The position numbers and the translations under genes were made by a program. From positions 45,609,046 to 45,673,045 of the forward strand of contig NC_069000.1 in assembly GCF_001194135.2 (NCBI RefSeq): 64,000 bases of DNA, written 5' to 3'. The notes under the pieces are model-generated. The model was not told where the DNA came from and made no database searches. It worked only from the letters and a program-made list of their open reading frames with translations. The stretch comes from Octopus bimaculoides (taxonomy: Eukaryota). Shown here piece by piece: positions 53,450 through 64,000 of this stretch; positions within the stretch are counted from its first letter, which is position 1, and every line of letters begins with the position of its first letter.

Positions 53450-53950
53450 GTAGTGATGAGCTGGAAACTGTGTTGGAAGCGGATACATCTCAAACTACGC
53501 ATGAGTTAGCAGCAAGGTGTGATGTTTCGATTCCAACTGTACTGGACCAAACAAATCGGCAAGGTAAAGAAGCTGGACAAGTGGGTACCACACGAAATGA
53601 ACGAGCATCAAATGACATGCTGTCTTGAAACTTGCTGTTCTTTGCTGTCACGGCATAAAAGCGAACCACTTTTGCATCGTATTGTTACGTGTGATGAAAT
53701 ATGGATTATTTTCAACAATAGTAAGCGTTCTGCCAAAACACAATCCCAAAACAAATATTCACCAAAAAAGCTAATGGTGTTTGTTCGGTGGTCCAGAGCT
53801 GGTGTCATCCACTACAGCTTCATGGGACCTGGTAAGTCAATTACAGCGGTTTATACATCAACCAACTGGATGGAATGGCGAGTGAAATTGCAATTAAAAC
53901 AACCCAGATTAGTCAACAGAGACAAGCCAATTCTCTTGCAAGACAAGACA
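53450..53950 (+). mobile_element. Hsmar1/cecropia-like mariner transposase remnant
   Basis: DELETVLEADTSQTTHELA; KVKKLDKWVPHEM (WVPHEL motif); LLHRIVTCDEIWIIFNN; KKLMVFVRWSRAGVIHY. Confidence 0.92.
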
Positions 53951-54062
53951 ATACTCGACGACCATCGTCTTTTGCTTTTTGTGAATTTCCCCCCCCCCCA
54001 TATATNNNNNNNNNNNNNNNNNNNNNNNNNNNNNNNNNNNNNNNNNNNNNNNNNNNNNNNNN

Positions 54063-54110
<48 letters not shown>

Positions 54111-54947
54111 GCTTTCAGTTTCCGCCTACCAAATTCACTCACAAGGCTTTAGTCGGCCCGTGGCTATAGTAAAAGACACTTGCCGAAAGTACCACGCAGT
54201 GGGACTGAACCCGGAGCCATATGGGAAGTAAGCTTCTTACCACGCACACACACACACACACACACGCACAATACTTAGAGTATGCCAAAAGAGCGAGGTA
54301 AACCAATAAACTTCGTAAAGTTGCTTATCATCATGTTGTTTGTTACGCTACAAAGAAAGATACAAAAATGAGAAATCAGGTTTGCAATACAATATGATAA
54401 ATGAGTAAGATGGTATATGAAACCCTGTTTTAAGGGGAAAAGTAGATAGCTGTACTGTTGAAAAAATAATTGTTGCTAAAATATTTTGTTAGATGGTGTA
54501 ATGGTATCTATAACTTGAAATAAATTGTAAACTCAACTGACTGGCGCCAACAAATAGCAAAAGAACTCGATGAACAAGTTTCTAACATATTCCGAAGAGT
54601 TTCGACTGATGATGTATGATCATAGATAAAATATGCGTTACTGATCTCGGAGGTATGTAAACTTTCTCGAAACTTAATAGTGGAATCAAATATTTACCGA
54701 GTGTTCATTGATATATTCTTAACATTTGGGTGGATTATATTATTATAAAAAGAAGAGAAAAACAGGAAAAGAGGTCTTAAATGTTTATAAAAGAAGCTTT
54801 TGAGACCGGAAACCCATAATGTGTGGATCAACAACGGCAAATAATTTTATAATACGGAGGTGCAAAAGATATTACACGGTATACAGAAATGCATATATAC
54901 ATACATACGTACGTACATAATATATATATATATGTATATATATATAT

Positions 54948-55144
54948 GGGAGAATATACAAATAATAACAACAGACGAGGACAGGTGGTGTAAATAACAA
55001 AAGTATATATTAGTATGACGCTCGGGAATACGGAAAGTCTTTGACGTTTCGAGCTACGCTCTTCAACAGAAAGAATACGGAGACAAGGAGAAAAACACGG
55101 AGAAAAAAAAAATTGAATAGTGTTCAGTCAACGGTCAATCATAT
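54948..55144 (-). mobile_element. Non-coding Penelope-like or retrozyme-like element at a (TA)n tract
   Basis: Contains a hammerhead motif; its 3' end ttctccc abuts (AT)n; second copy at 35161-35240. Confidence 0.75.
55038..55074 (-). ncRNA. Minimal type I hammerhead ribozyme, variant core
   Basis: 5'-TCTTT CTGTTGA A GAGC gta GCTC GAAAC GTC AAAGA-3': stem I 5 bp, stem II 4 bp, loop-less palindromic stem III (ACGT), GUC cleavage triplet. Confidence 0.7.
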
Positions 55145-55857
55145 NNNNNNNNNNNNNNNNNNNNNNNNNNNNNNNNNNNNNNNNNNNNNNNNNNNNNNNN
55201 NNNNNNNNNNNNNNNNNNNNNNNNNNNNNNNNNNNNNNNNNNNNNNNNNNNNNNNNNNNNNNNNNNNNNNNNNNNNNNNNNNNNNNNNNNNNNNNNNNNN
55301 NNNNNNNNNNNNNNNNNNNNNNNNNNNNNNNNNNNNNNNNNNNNNNNNNNNNNNNNNNNNNNNNNNNNNNNNNATATTTACCGAGTGTTCATTGATATAT
55401 TCTTAACATTTGGGTGGATTATATTATTATAAAAAGAAGAGAAAAACAGGAAAAGAGGTCTTAAATGTTTATAAAAGAAGCTTTTGAGACCGGAAACCCA
55501 TAATGTGTGGATCAACAACGGCAAATAATTTTATAATACGGAGGTGCAAAAGATATTACACGGTATACAGAAATGCATATATACATACATACGTACGTAC
55601 ATAATATATATATATATGTATATGTAAATATAATTTCCAGGATTCAAGAGATTCAGGTACTTAAATTGTAATGCACCAAAATCAGAACGGTAATAGTACT
55701 ATCGTGTACAAACAATATTTAGGACAAATACGTATATATGTTTGTGTGTACGTGTGTGTGTATACGTGATGTATGTGTGTGTGTATGTGTGTGTGTGTGT
55801 GTGTGTGATTTATTAGTCGCCAGTATACTAAAATACAGTAATGGCTAATTTATATTG

Positions 55858-56055
55858 AAATTATAATAAGGGTGTTGAATGATTACAACACTAGTCTGCT
55901 AGAAATAGACCTTAAATGGTTTAGGAAGCACTTAGATTATTACTCCACTGTACAGCCTTGTGTAGTAGAGTAATAATTTAAGTGGTTCCTAGACCATTTA
56001 GGGTCTATTTCTAGCAGACTAGTGTTGTAATCATTCGACACCCTTATTATAATTT
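55858..56055. mobile_element. Foldback element with 88-bp inverted arms and a 22-nt spacer
   Basis: Left arm 55858-55945, right arm 55968-56055, 5 mismatches. Confidence 0.88.
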
Positions 56056-56199
56056 ACATATATATATATATAGCAATAATATCAAGACTTCATTTAAATA
56101 CCTTTATGGTACCCCTGAAAGCCTGCTACATTATGAAGAATCCCTGAATATATGACAAGTATTGCAGAATAATATGAAATTCACCGTTACATTAATCGA

Positions 56200-56320
56200 G
56201 TGACGCAGTGTGACTCTCGTAGGCAAGCCGCCATCATGTTCACATCTTTACCTCCTGAGATTGGAGAGTTACAAGACACGAAAACTTATTCGTGCATATC
56301 GAAAACATCTGCACACATCA
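56200..56320 (+). mobile_element. Probable L2/CR1-type LINE ORF2 C-terminal remnant
   Basis: RQAAIMFTSLPPEIGEL, then after a frameshift RAYRKHL; resembles the LINE end motif A..LWNSLPxEIR...FKxxxKxHL. Confidence 0.4.
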
Positions 56321-57080
56321 ATAACAAGAGCTGCGTATATCAATACACCAATTGTATGTTTGTGTATTGATTTAGATTTTAGTTTTCAGGGAAAGCCTGT
56401 GAGCTTATCAATAAATCAATTGATTCAGTGAATGAAAACTGGGTCTTTGGCGTCGATATTGCTTCACATCTACTATGTCTCTTTCCCCCATTAACCTGCC
56501 TTCACTTATAACTTCACTCTCACAACTTCTCTTTTCTCTCTTTCACCTCATTTCTCTCTCTCTCTCCCTCCCCCCTCCCTCTCTCTCTCTCTCACTCTTT
56601 CATAAACACTTCCCCTTCCTATGTCTTTTCATTTCTCTCTCTCCCTCCCCTCTCTTTCTTATTTTTCCCTTTATTCTCACTCCCCCTTTCACCCTCTCTC
56701 TCTAACATATCTCACTCTCACATATCAATAATTATTACTGTATTTCTCCTGCTTTCACTTCTCCCCATTCTCTCTCTCCTTTCCTCTTTCTTACACCCCC
56801 ACCCTTCTCTCTCACTGTCTCTCTGTCTCTTTCTCTCTCTCTCCCATCTCTCTGTAGTTGTATTCTTTTATTTTGAAATAATTTTAGGGCTTTTTACTCT
56901 CTTATTCATCTGCTTATTTCTCCAGCCAACATGTGTACGTGTGCGCGCACGTGCATGTGTGTTTTTTATGGTCAACAAGTATTGAGGGGTTAAATACATA
57001 CAAACACACAAACATGTTTCACACGCACGCACACAAACACTCACACATAAACACGTGCACACATACACACATATAATAAC

Positions 57081-57114
<34 letters not shown>

Positions 57115-57664
57115 GAAGCATTGCATTATTGAATGGACAAGGGGCTATCAGATGATGTCAGACACCGCTGGTCACAATGCGTTCTCTCGGATTGCTGTAG
57201 CTTTCGAAAGATCCCAGCCCACAGTTTAGGCGGTTAAACGAAGATTCCTCTTGTACTGGGTGCTAGTCCGTTGACGGGGGTTTCCCATTTACAGCTTAAT
57301 GGACTGAGGCAATGTGAAACGAATTGGCTTTGACCACCAGACGCACTGCCTTGTCCGAGAATTGAAACTACGAGCTTGAGATTGTCAGTGCAATACCTTA
57401 ACCACTACACGATGCACTTCCATGCAGCGTCCGTCGATCATGTTTAGCCACAAAGCATTTGTCAACCAGGCAGCTTGTAATAACGGACACTTGCCAAAGG
57501 TTCCGAACAGTGGGACGGGACCCGAAACTGCGTGGTTGAAAAACAAACTCCTTAAGCCTTCAGTCATGCTTGTGCCTAAGCGCACGCGTGCGCGCTTGAT
57601 GTGCATGTTTGCTCAAACTTGTCTTGGTCGTGTTGTCTGTATTTTAATCGTCCATTGCATTTCC

Positions 57665-57711
<47 letters not shown>

Positions 57712-58096
57712 CATACATTCATATATATACATACATATATATATTCATATATATATATATATATATATACATACATATATATATATATATACATATATAT
57801 ATTCATATATATATATATNNNNNNNNNNNNNNNNNNNNNNNNNNNNNNNNNNNNNNNNNNNNNNNNNNNNNNNNNNNNNNNNNNNNNNNNNNNNNNNNNN
57901 NNNNNNNNNNNNNNNNNNNNNNNNNNNNNNNNNNNNNNNNNNNNNNNNNNNNNNNNNNNNNNNNNNNNNNNNNNNNNNNNNNNNNNNNNNNNNNNNNNNN
58001 NNNNNNNNNNNNNNNNNNNNNNNNNNNNNNNNNNNNNNNNNNNNNNNNNNNNNNNNNNNNNNNNNNNNNNNNNNNNNNNNNNNNNNNNNNNNNNNN

Positions 58097-58144
<48 letters not shown>

Positions 58145-58446
58145 TCCAATAACAGTCTAAGACAGATATTTGGGATACACTCTGATAAGATCTTTGATTT
58201 TATCATTATAAGAGTAGGAAATGGTTCTAAAAGTAGATGTCCTCATTATTTATATGAGTAGATGGTACGCATCTCATCACAATCTTAGCATCGGGTTAAC
58301 GTGAGATCCACTAAAAGTCGATATATGCTGTCGTCTGTAAAACATTTATCTTACCAGATAATGTCGACTGGTGATTCATAATGGACGACTGAAAAGCAGG
58401 CAAACAGAGTGACTCAAATCAACTGTCACTGCTCTACGTGCATGCA

Positions 58447-58499
<53 letters not shown>

Positions 58500-58667
58500 G
58501 TATGTATGTATGCATGTATGTATGTATGGGGTGCATCAGCTGCACCGGAACTGAAACCGAATCTGAGTGTTCGAAACATTACTAATCGTATCTTTATTTC
58601 TATTGTCTTTCTCTGTCTTTACGCATACAGCAACATTATATACTATATGTATGTGTGTGCATTTGTC

Positions 58668-58713
<46 letters not shown>

Positions 58714-58723
58714 NNNNNNNNNN

Positions 58724-58755
<32 letters not shown>

Positions 58756-58881
58756 ATATATTTATATATATACTGTTTTATGTGATTTCATTACGATATT
58801 ACTCAGATGTGCTACTAAAGTTTTTTGTAGGCATTTATTTGTACTCCTTTTAGAGTACAAATATAATCTGTAACTGTTTCA

Positions 58882-59060
58882 TTATGCACAAACAAATCGG
58901 CCCTTCTGATAAAGATTGTGAAGAGCCTTTCGATAGAACAGACTGCCTTGACAGGCACTCGTAGTTGTTGGGTTTGACATAATCTCGTCTAAACAGGAGA
59001 CAATGAAGTGTCTTTCCGGAAACTTAAGCAACACGTTTGTTATCTTAAGTACTGTAAAGA
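58882..59060 (-). mobile_element. Possible hAT dimerisation-domain remnant
   Basis: KFPERHFIVSCLDEIMSNPTTTSAC and adjacent-frame SIERLF resemble the xPxTTASCERSFS motif. Confidence 0.3.
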
Positions 59061-59616
59061 TCACATCTAAGTCTAGAGAAAACATTGAGACTTCTCTATT
59101 TATCGAATGTAGAATTTCAGTGAAGTTAGAATTGTTCGTGGAGGTTATGTTAATCTATCGTTATTTTGCTATGTTGCATGTCTGGCTACTTGTGTTGTTT
59201 CTGTTCGCTCATTGTCGCTTTGTTTAAGCAAATTATGTCGTGAGTGTATCCTACTCTTTTATTTTGTGTTTGTCCCCACCCACCATTTGACAACCGGTGT
59301 TCGTGTGTTTACGTCCTCATAATTTAGCGGTTCGGCAAAAAAGTTGCAATAACTACTGAGCTTTAAAAAGTAATTCCTGGAGTCAAGTTGTTCGACTAAA
59401 GAAACTTTAAAGTGGTGTGACAGCATGGCCGCAGTCATATAACTTTAAAAAAGTAAAAGATAAAAGATAAAGATATATATATATATATGTATGTATATAT
59501 AAAAGATATGTATATGTATGTATGTGTGNNNNNNNNNNNNNNNNNNNNNNNNNNNNNNNNNNNNNNNNNNNNNNNNNNNNNNNNNNNNNNNNNNNNNNNN
59601 NNNNNNNNNNNNNNNN

Positions 59617-59682
<66 letters not shown>

Positions 59683-60823
59683 TATATATATATATATATA
59701 TATATGCACCCATACACACTCACTTGTATACATGCAGTGTGAGAGTCTGTATATGTTATGTGTAAACACAAATACACACACACACACATACACATACAGA
59801 GAGCCAATGGGACACAGGACATTTGTGTGTGTGTGTGTGTGTGTGCGTGTGTGTGTGTGTGCGTGCGCGTGTGTGCATGTGTGTGTAAGTTTATACAGAC
59901 AACATACGTGTGTCGACGCGTTGCGACACTTTTCTCGATTTCAAATTACCTTTGTACTTTTTATTGTCGCATTAATAATGGTGTTGGGAAATGAAAAGTC
60001 ATTAACACAGCCGTCCATTTGTCGGAGCCGTTAAATTAAATTATTCTGTTTGACCCATGGATGGATATTGCAGTTGTAAATAAGTCACAAACCTACCGAG
60101 ATTAAATATCATCAGAATTACATTTCACCTGAGCATTTTTTAATTAATGCAAATCCTTATCTCTCACCTTGTTCCTTGCCCCCCCCCCCACCTTCTAATC
60201 CCGTCCTCTCACTTTCTTCGCTTTTAATCCCTACTTCTCTTTATTTCTCTCCCTCTCTCTCTATCTCTCTCTCCTCTCTCTATCTCTCTCTCTCTTACCC
60301 TCTCCATTTCTCTCTCTGTATCTGCTGTCTCTCTCTTCGATTGATTTCATTGTGACAATCCCTGGAGCAACTGCCTGCCGTCGCTTCCTGTCCAAACGTC
60401 GCCATTATTTACTCTTCCCCCGCCTGCTTCCACTCCTCTTCCCTCCACTTTTTCCCCCACAGCAATCTCCCTGTTTTGTTAACTCTTACCCCTCTCTCTT
60501 CTTCTCTACCCCCTCCTTTTTTCTCTGTGTGTCTCTCAGTCACCCACCATTACTCGCAACCTATTTCTACCCCTCACCCACCCTATTGGTCACTCACTCT
60601 CTCACTCTTTCTCGTTCTCTCTCTACACCTCCATCTCCCGCCTCTCTTCCTATATATCTTTTCCTCCCACTCCTTCCTTCCTCCCTATCTTTCTGTCTCT
60701 CATTCTTTCTCAGTCTGTCGTTCTCCCTCTCTTTTTCCCCACTCTTCTTTTCTTCTCCTTTTCTTTCTATCTTTCTCTTTCTCTCCCTTTTGTACACACA
60801 CCAGAGCCCCCTTTCTGTCTCAT

Positions 60824-60870
<47 letters not shown>

Positions 60871-61703
60871 CTCACTTTCTTCCTTTCTTTTCTCTCGTTT
60901 CCTCCCCGTGGCTTCTCTCCCTTCTTCCCTCTCTCTCTCTCATTTCTTCTCTCTTTCCCACAACTTATCCTCCGATCCCTCCCTCTATCCCTCATCTCAT
61001 CCATATCTCCCATCACCCACAACTCCATAACATCGCTGTCCACCTTACTCCCACTCCACCTCAATCCATTACATCAACACCACCACCACCACCACCACTA
61101 CAACCACCACCATGACAGCAGTCTACATGCCATGGCTGCAACAGTTATCACGGACAACAGCAGACTGTCCGTTCTGCTGTCGACTATTATTATTATTACT
61201 ATTATTATTATTATCATTATTACACCGCCAGAGTTCAGTGGACACCTGTGACAACGGTCAGTTTTACATTCTTACTTTCTGTTTTATCACCGCTCGACCA
61301 GGGCCCATCCCAGCCTCTTTTAGGACTTTCATCGCTTTCATCTTTTGCATCGCTTCCATCATTCTTCTTCCGCTCACATTCATTCAAACTTGTCTTATAT
61401 ATATATATATATATATATNNNNNNNNNNNNNNNNNNNNNNNNNNNNNNNNNNNNNNNNNNNNNNNNNNNNNNNNNNNNNNNNNNNNNNNNNNNNNNNNNN
61501 NNNNNNNNNNNNNNNNNNNNNNNNNNNNNNNNNNNNNNNNNNNNNNNNNNNNNNNNNNNNNNNNNNNNNNNNNNNNNNNNNNNNNNNNNNNNNNNNNNNN
61601 NNNNNNNNNNNNNNNNNNNNNNNNNNNNNNNNNNNNNNNNNNNNNNNNNNNNNNNNNNNNNNNNNNNNNNNNNNNNNNNNNNNNNNNNNNNNNNNNNNNN
61701 NNN

Positions 61704-61964
61704 TATCGTTGCTATTATGCAAAAGTGTCGTAAGTCCAAGACGTTGCGCTTTCAGAAAACAAACAAATAGTTTCACCATTCCATAGCAAAACCGTTGTGC
61801 TACACTTTGACAATTTTTGATATCTTGGCATCTGAAGCAGCTGGAGATACGATAGTTTGACCGAAAGAACCCGCTGTTGCAAGCATAAATAAATATTGAA
61901 AAAAAAAGAAAAGAACGTATTTGGCCAAATTTGGACATACGACAATTTAACATAATAGCAACGC

Positions 61965-61966
<2 letters not shown>
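61704..61966. mobile_element. MITE with ~37-bp imperfect TIRs ending at a (TA)n tract
   Basis: tatcgttgctattatgcaaaagtgtcgtaagtccaag versus reverse complement of the right end tagcgttgctattatgttaaattgtcgtatgtccaaa. Confidence 0.8.
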
Positions 61967-61997
<31 letters not shown>

Positions 61998-62140
61998 AAA
62001 TCAGTTACTGTTATTAAAATCAAGGGTACGTAGCGTTCCATTAATTAATAAGGTTAAAAAAAATACATATAATAAATGCACAAACAAACGGAAAACAGAC
62101 ACAGATGGTCACAGAACTCCTCCTTAGTTATCCGCTGGAG

Positions 62141-62450
62141 CAGTGGTTCCCAAATTTTTCGGACTGCCGCCCTCTTGACACCCAGGCCACGTTCCTACCG
62201 TCTCCACCCCGACTAAACATCACAAACATAGATCCCTTTCTAAAGCAAATTCAAAGCAACTGCATTTCACAAACAAAAACTTAACCTAATGAACCCATTA
62301 CTTTGTTGTTTTTACATCAATTTCCAGTCCGTTATCGCTCCAACTCTTACATGGATCACTACCCCATCATCGCCTCACTTTTCTTCAACGTCCCCTTGGA
62401 ACTTTCCACCGTGCTCAGGGGAAAAATACTGCCCACTTTGGGAACCACTG
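62141..62450. mobile_element. hAT (Charlie-like) non-autonomous element
   Basis: 14-bp perfect TIRs cagtggttcccaaa/tttgggaaccactg; 8-bp TSD cgctggag/tgctagag (6 of 8 match). Confidence 0.9.
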
Positions 62451-63694
62451 TGCTAGAGGGTCAAATGCATTTTCGCGCCTTTAACGATAAATAGCGTTTG
62501 ACCCTCCGGCCGATAACTGATGAGGTGTTGGTGATCTACTGTGTCTGTTTTCCGTTTGTTTGGGCATTCACTATGATTTTTTTTACCTTGTATATATATA
62601 TATATAGAGAGAGAGAGATAGGTAAGGCATCATTTTCCATTGGCATTACTCCTACACATGTTTTGGTGTTGTCTCATAGTCATAAGGCCTTTTATTTTTG
62701 TTAGTACATTTATATTTGTACCAACTACTTGTGTCGTTTGTTTGTTTTCGTCATCGTTCTTTACTGTTTGCTCTGTTATTTCCAACAGTTTTTTTTGCTG
62801 TTGACGCCACCAAAAGGAACAATCTTATCGTTAAAGGCGCGAAATTGTTATGGTTTTGGGATGATCACTGATGAGGGAAGAGACTGTCTGCGTCTTGGGC
62901 GCGAATTTTCTGTTTGTTCCTTTGGTGTCCTTCTGTGCAATTTTTGAATCTTATCACACACAAATACACACTCACATGTATGTACGTACGTACGTACGTA
63001 CGTATGTATGTATGTATGTATGTATGTATGTATGTATGTATGTATGTATGTATGTGTCTGTCTACGTACGTATGTATGTATGTCTCCTCAGTCATATTTT
63101 ATGTTATACATTTATTGCCATCTCTTTGCTTTTGAATGTAAAGCAGTTGTTTTTATAGTNNNNNNNNNNNNNNNNNNNNNNNNNNNNNNNNNNNNNNNNN
63201 NNNNNNNNNNNNNNNNNNNNNNNNNNNNNNNNNNNNNNNNNNNNNNNNNNNNNNNNNNNNNNNNNNNNNNNNNNNNNNNNNNNNNNNNNNNNNNNNGGTG
63301 GTGGTTGTCGCTGCTGTTGTTGTCAGTGTTACTGTCGTTGCAAAAGAACAATAATTATTCAAGACGGAGGCAATCATTATTAATGTTTCCGACAACCTCC
63401 ACCACCGTCGCTTATGTTGTCGTTGTTGCTGTTGTTGTTGTTGTCGCCGCCGCCGTCGATATTGTGATTGTCGTTGTGCTTGTTGTCATTATCTTCCATC
63501 TTTTACTTGTTTCAGTCATTAGACTACGGTCATGCTGGAGCACCGGCTTGAAAAAGTTTTAGTCGAATGAATTGACCCACTAATTTACGGAGACGTAACA
63601 CACTAACACCAAGGAGACTCACATACACATATACATCTGTCTACCTATCTATCTATCTATCTTTCGCTTTCTCTCTCTCTCTATCTCTCTCTCT

Positions 63695-63735
<41 letters not shown>

Positions 63736-64000
63736 NNNNNNNNNNNNNNNNNNNNNNNNNNNNNNNNNNNNNNNNNNNNNNNNNNNNNNNNNNNNNNNNN
63801 NNNNNNNNNNNNNNNNNNNNNNNNNNNNNNNNNNNNNNNNNNNNNNNNNNNNNNNNNNNNNNNNNNNNNNNNNNNNNNNNNNNNNNNCTCGGCTCTCTTT
63901 TCTGCTTCTCCCCAGTTAGATCCTTGCTTTTTCTTGCACATTCTTTTCGGATTTTGCATCGTGTCATAAGTTTACCCGAGAGAAGGCCTTCCTCATTCAG

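Larger units (their letters stand above)
54690..55623. repeat. 250-bp identical direct duplication (54690-54939 and 55374-55623) bracketing an element and an N-gap
   Basis: By visual comparison the two copies are identical, at offset 684. Confidence 0.92.

Noticed and set aside
54606-54651. CTGATGA...hairpin...AAAATATGCGT hammerhead-like string
   Set aside because: The GAAA core is missing and stem I is poor; at best a heavily decayed relic.
56236-56275. LRR-like peptide FTSLPPEIGELQD
   Set aside because: Single unit, no flanking LxxLxLxxN pattern or splice sites; fits a LINE ORF2 end better.
60180-61080. 299-aa and 156-aa ORFs
   Set aside because: Translations of a low-complexity CT-rich tract.

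Overview
Non-coding, repeat-dominated window from an AT-rich eukaryotic draft scaffold. It has 28 N-gaps, most abutting (TA)n, (CA)n or other microsatellites. The two abundant tRNA-derived SINE families and the extreme microsatellite load look like an Octopus (coleoid cephalopod) genome; this is inference from recalled repeat sequences, not a database hit. No intact protein-coding gene, rRNA, real tRNA or CRISPR array is supportable, and almost all long ORFs in the track are microsatellite or N-gap artefacts. Recognisable content: many SINE copies, several in close inverted pairs; degraded Tc1/mariner transposase remnants of several lineages; R4/NeSL-type (RLE) and other LINE remnants; three MITE or foldback elements and a hAT-type MITE; degenerate tandem repeats. 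The most interesting signal is a young, non-coding, Penelope-like element at (TA)n tracts carrying a minimal type I hammerhead ribozyme with a variant core (55038-55074, minus). It has a near-identical second copy at 35161-35240 and older hammerhead relics at about 6.95-7.16 kb. Long near-perfect hairpins at 48.7 kb and 55.9 kb are candidate dsRNA sources.
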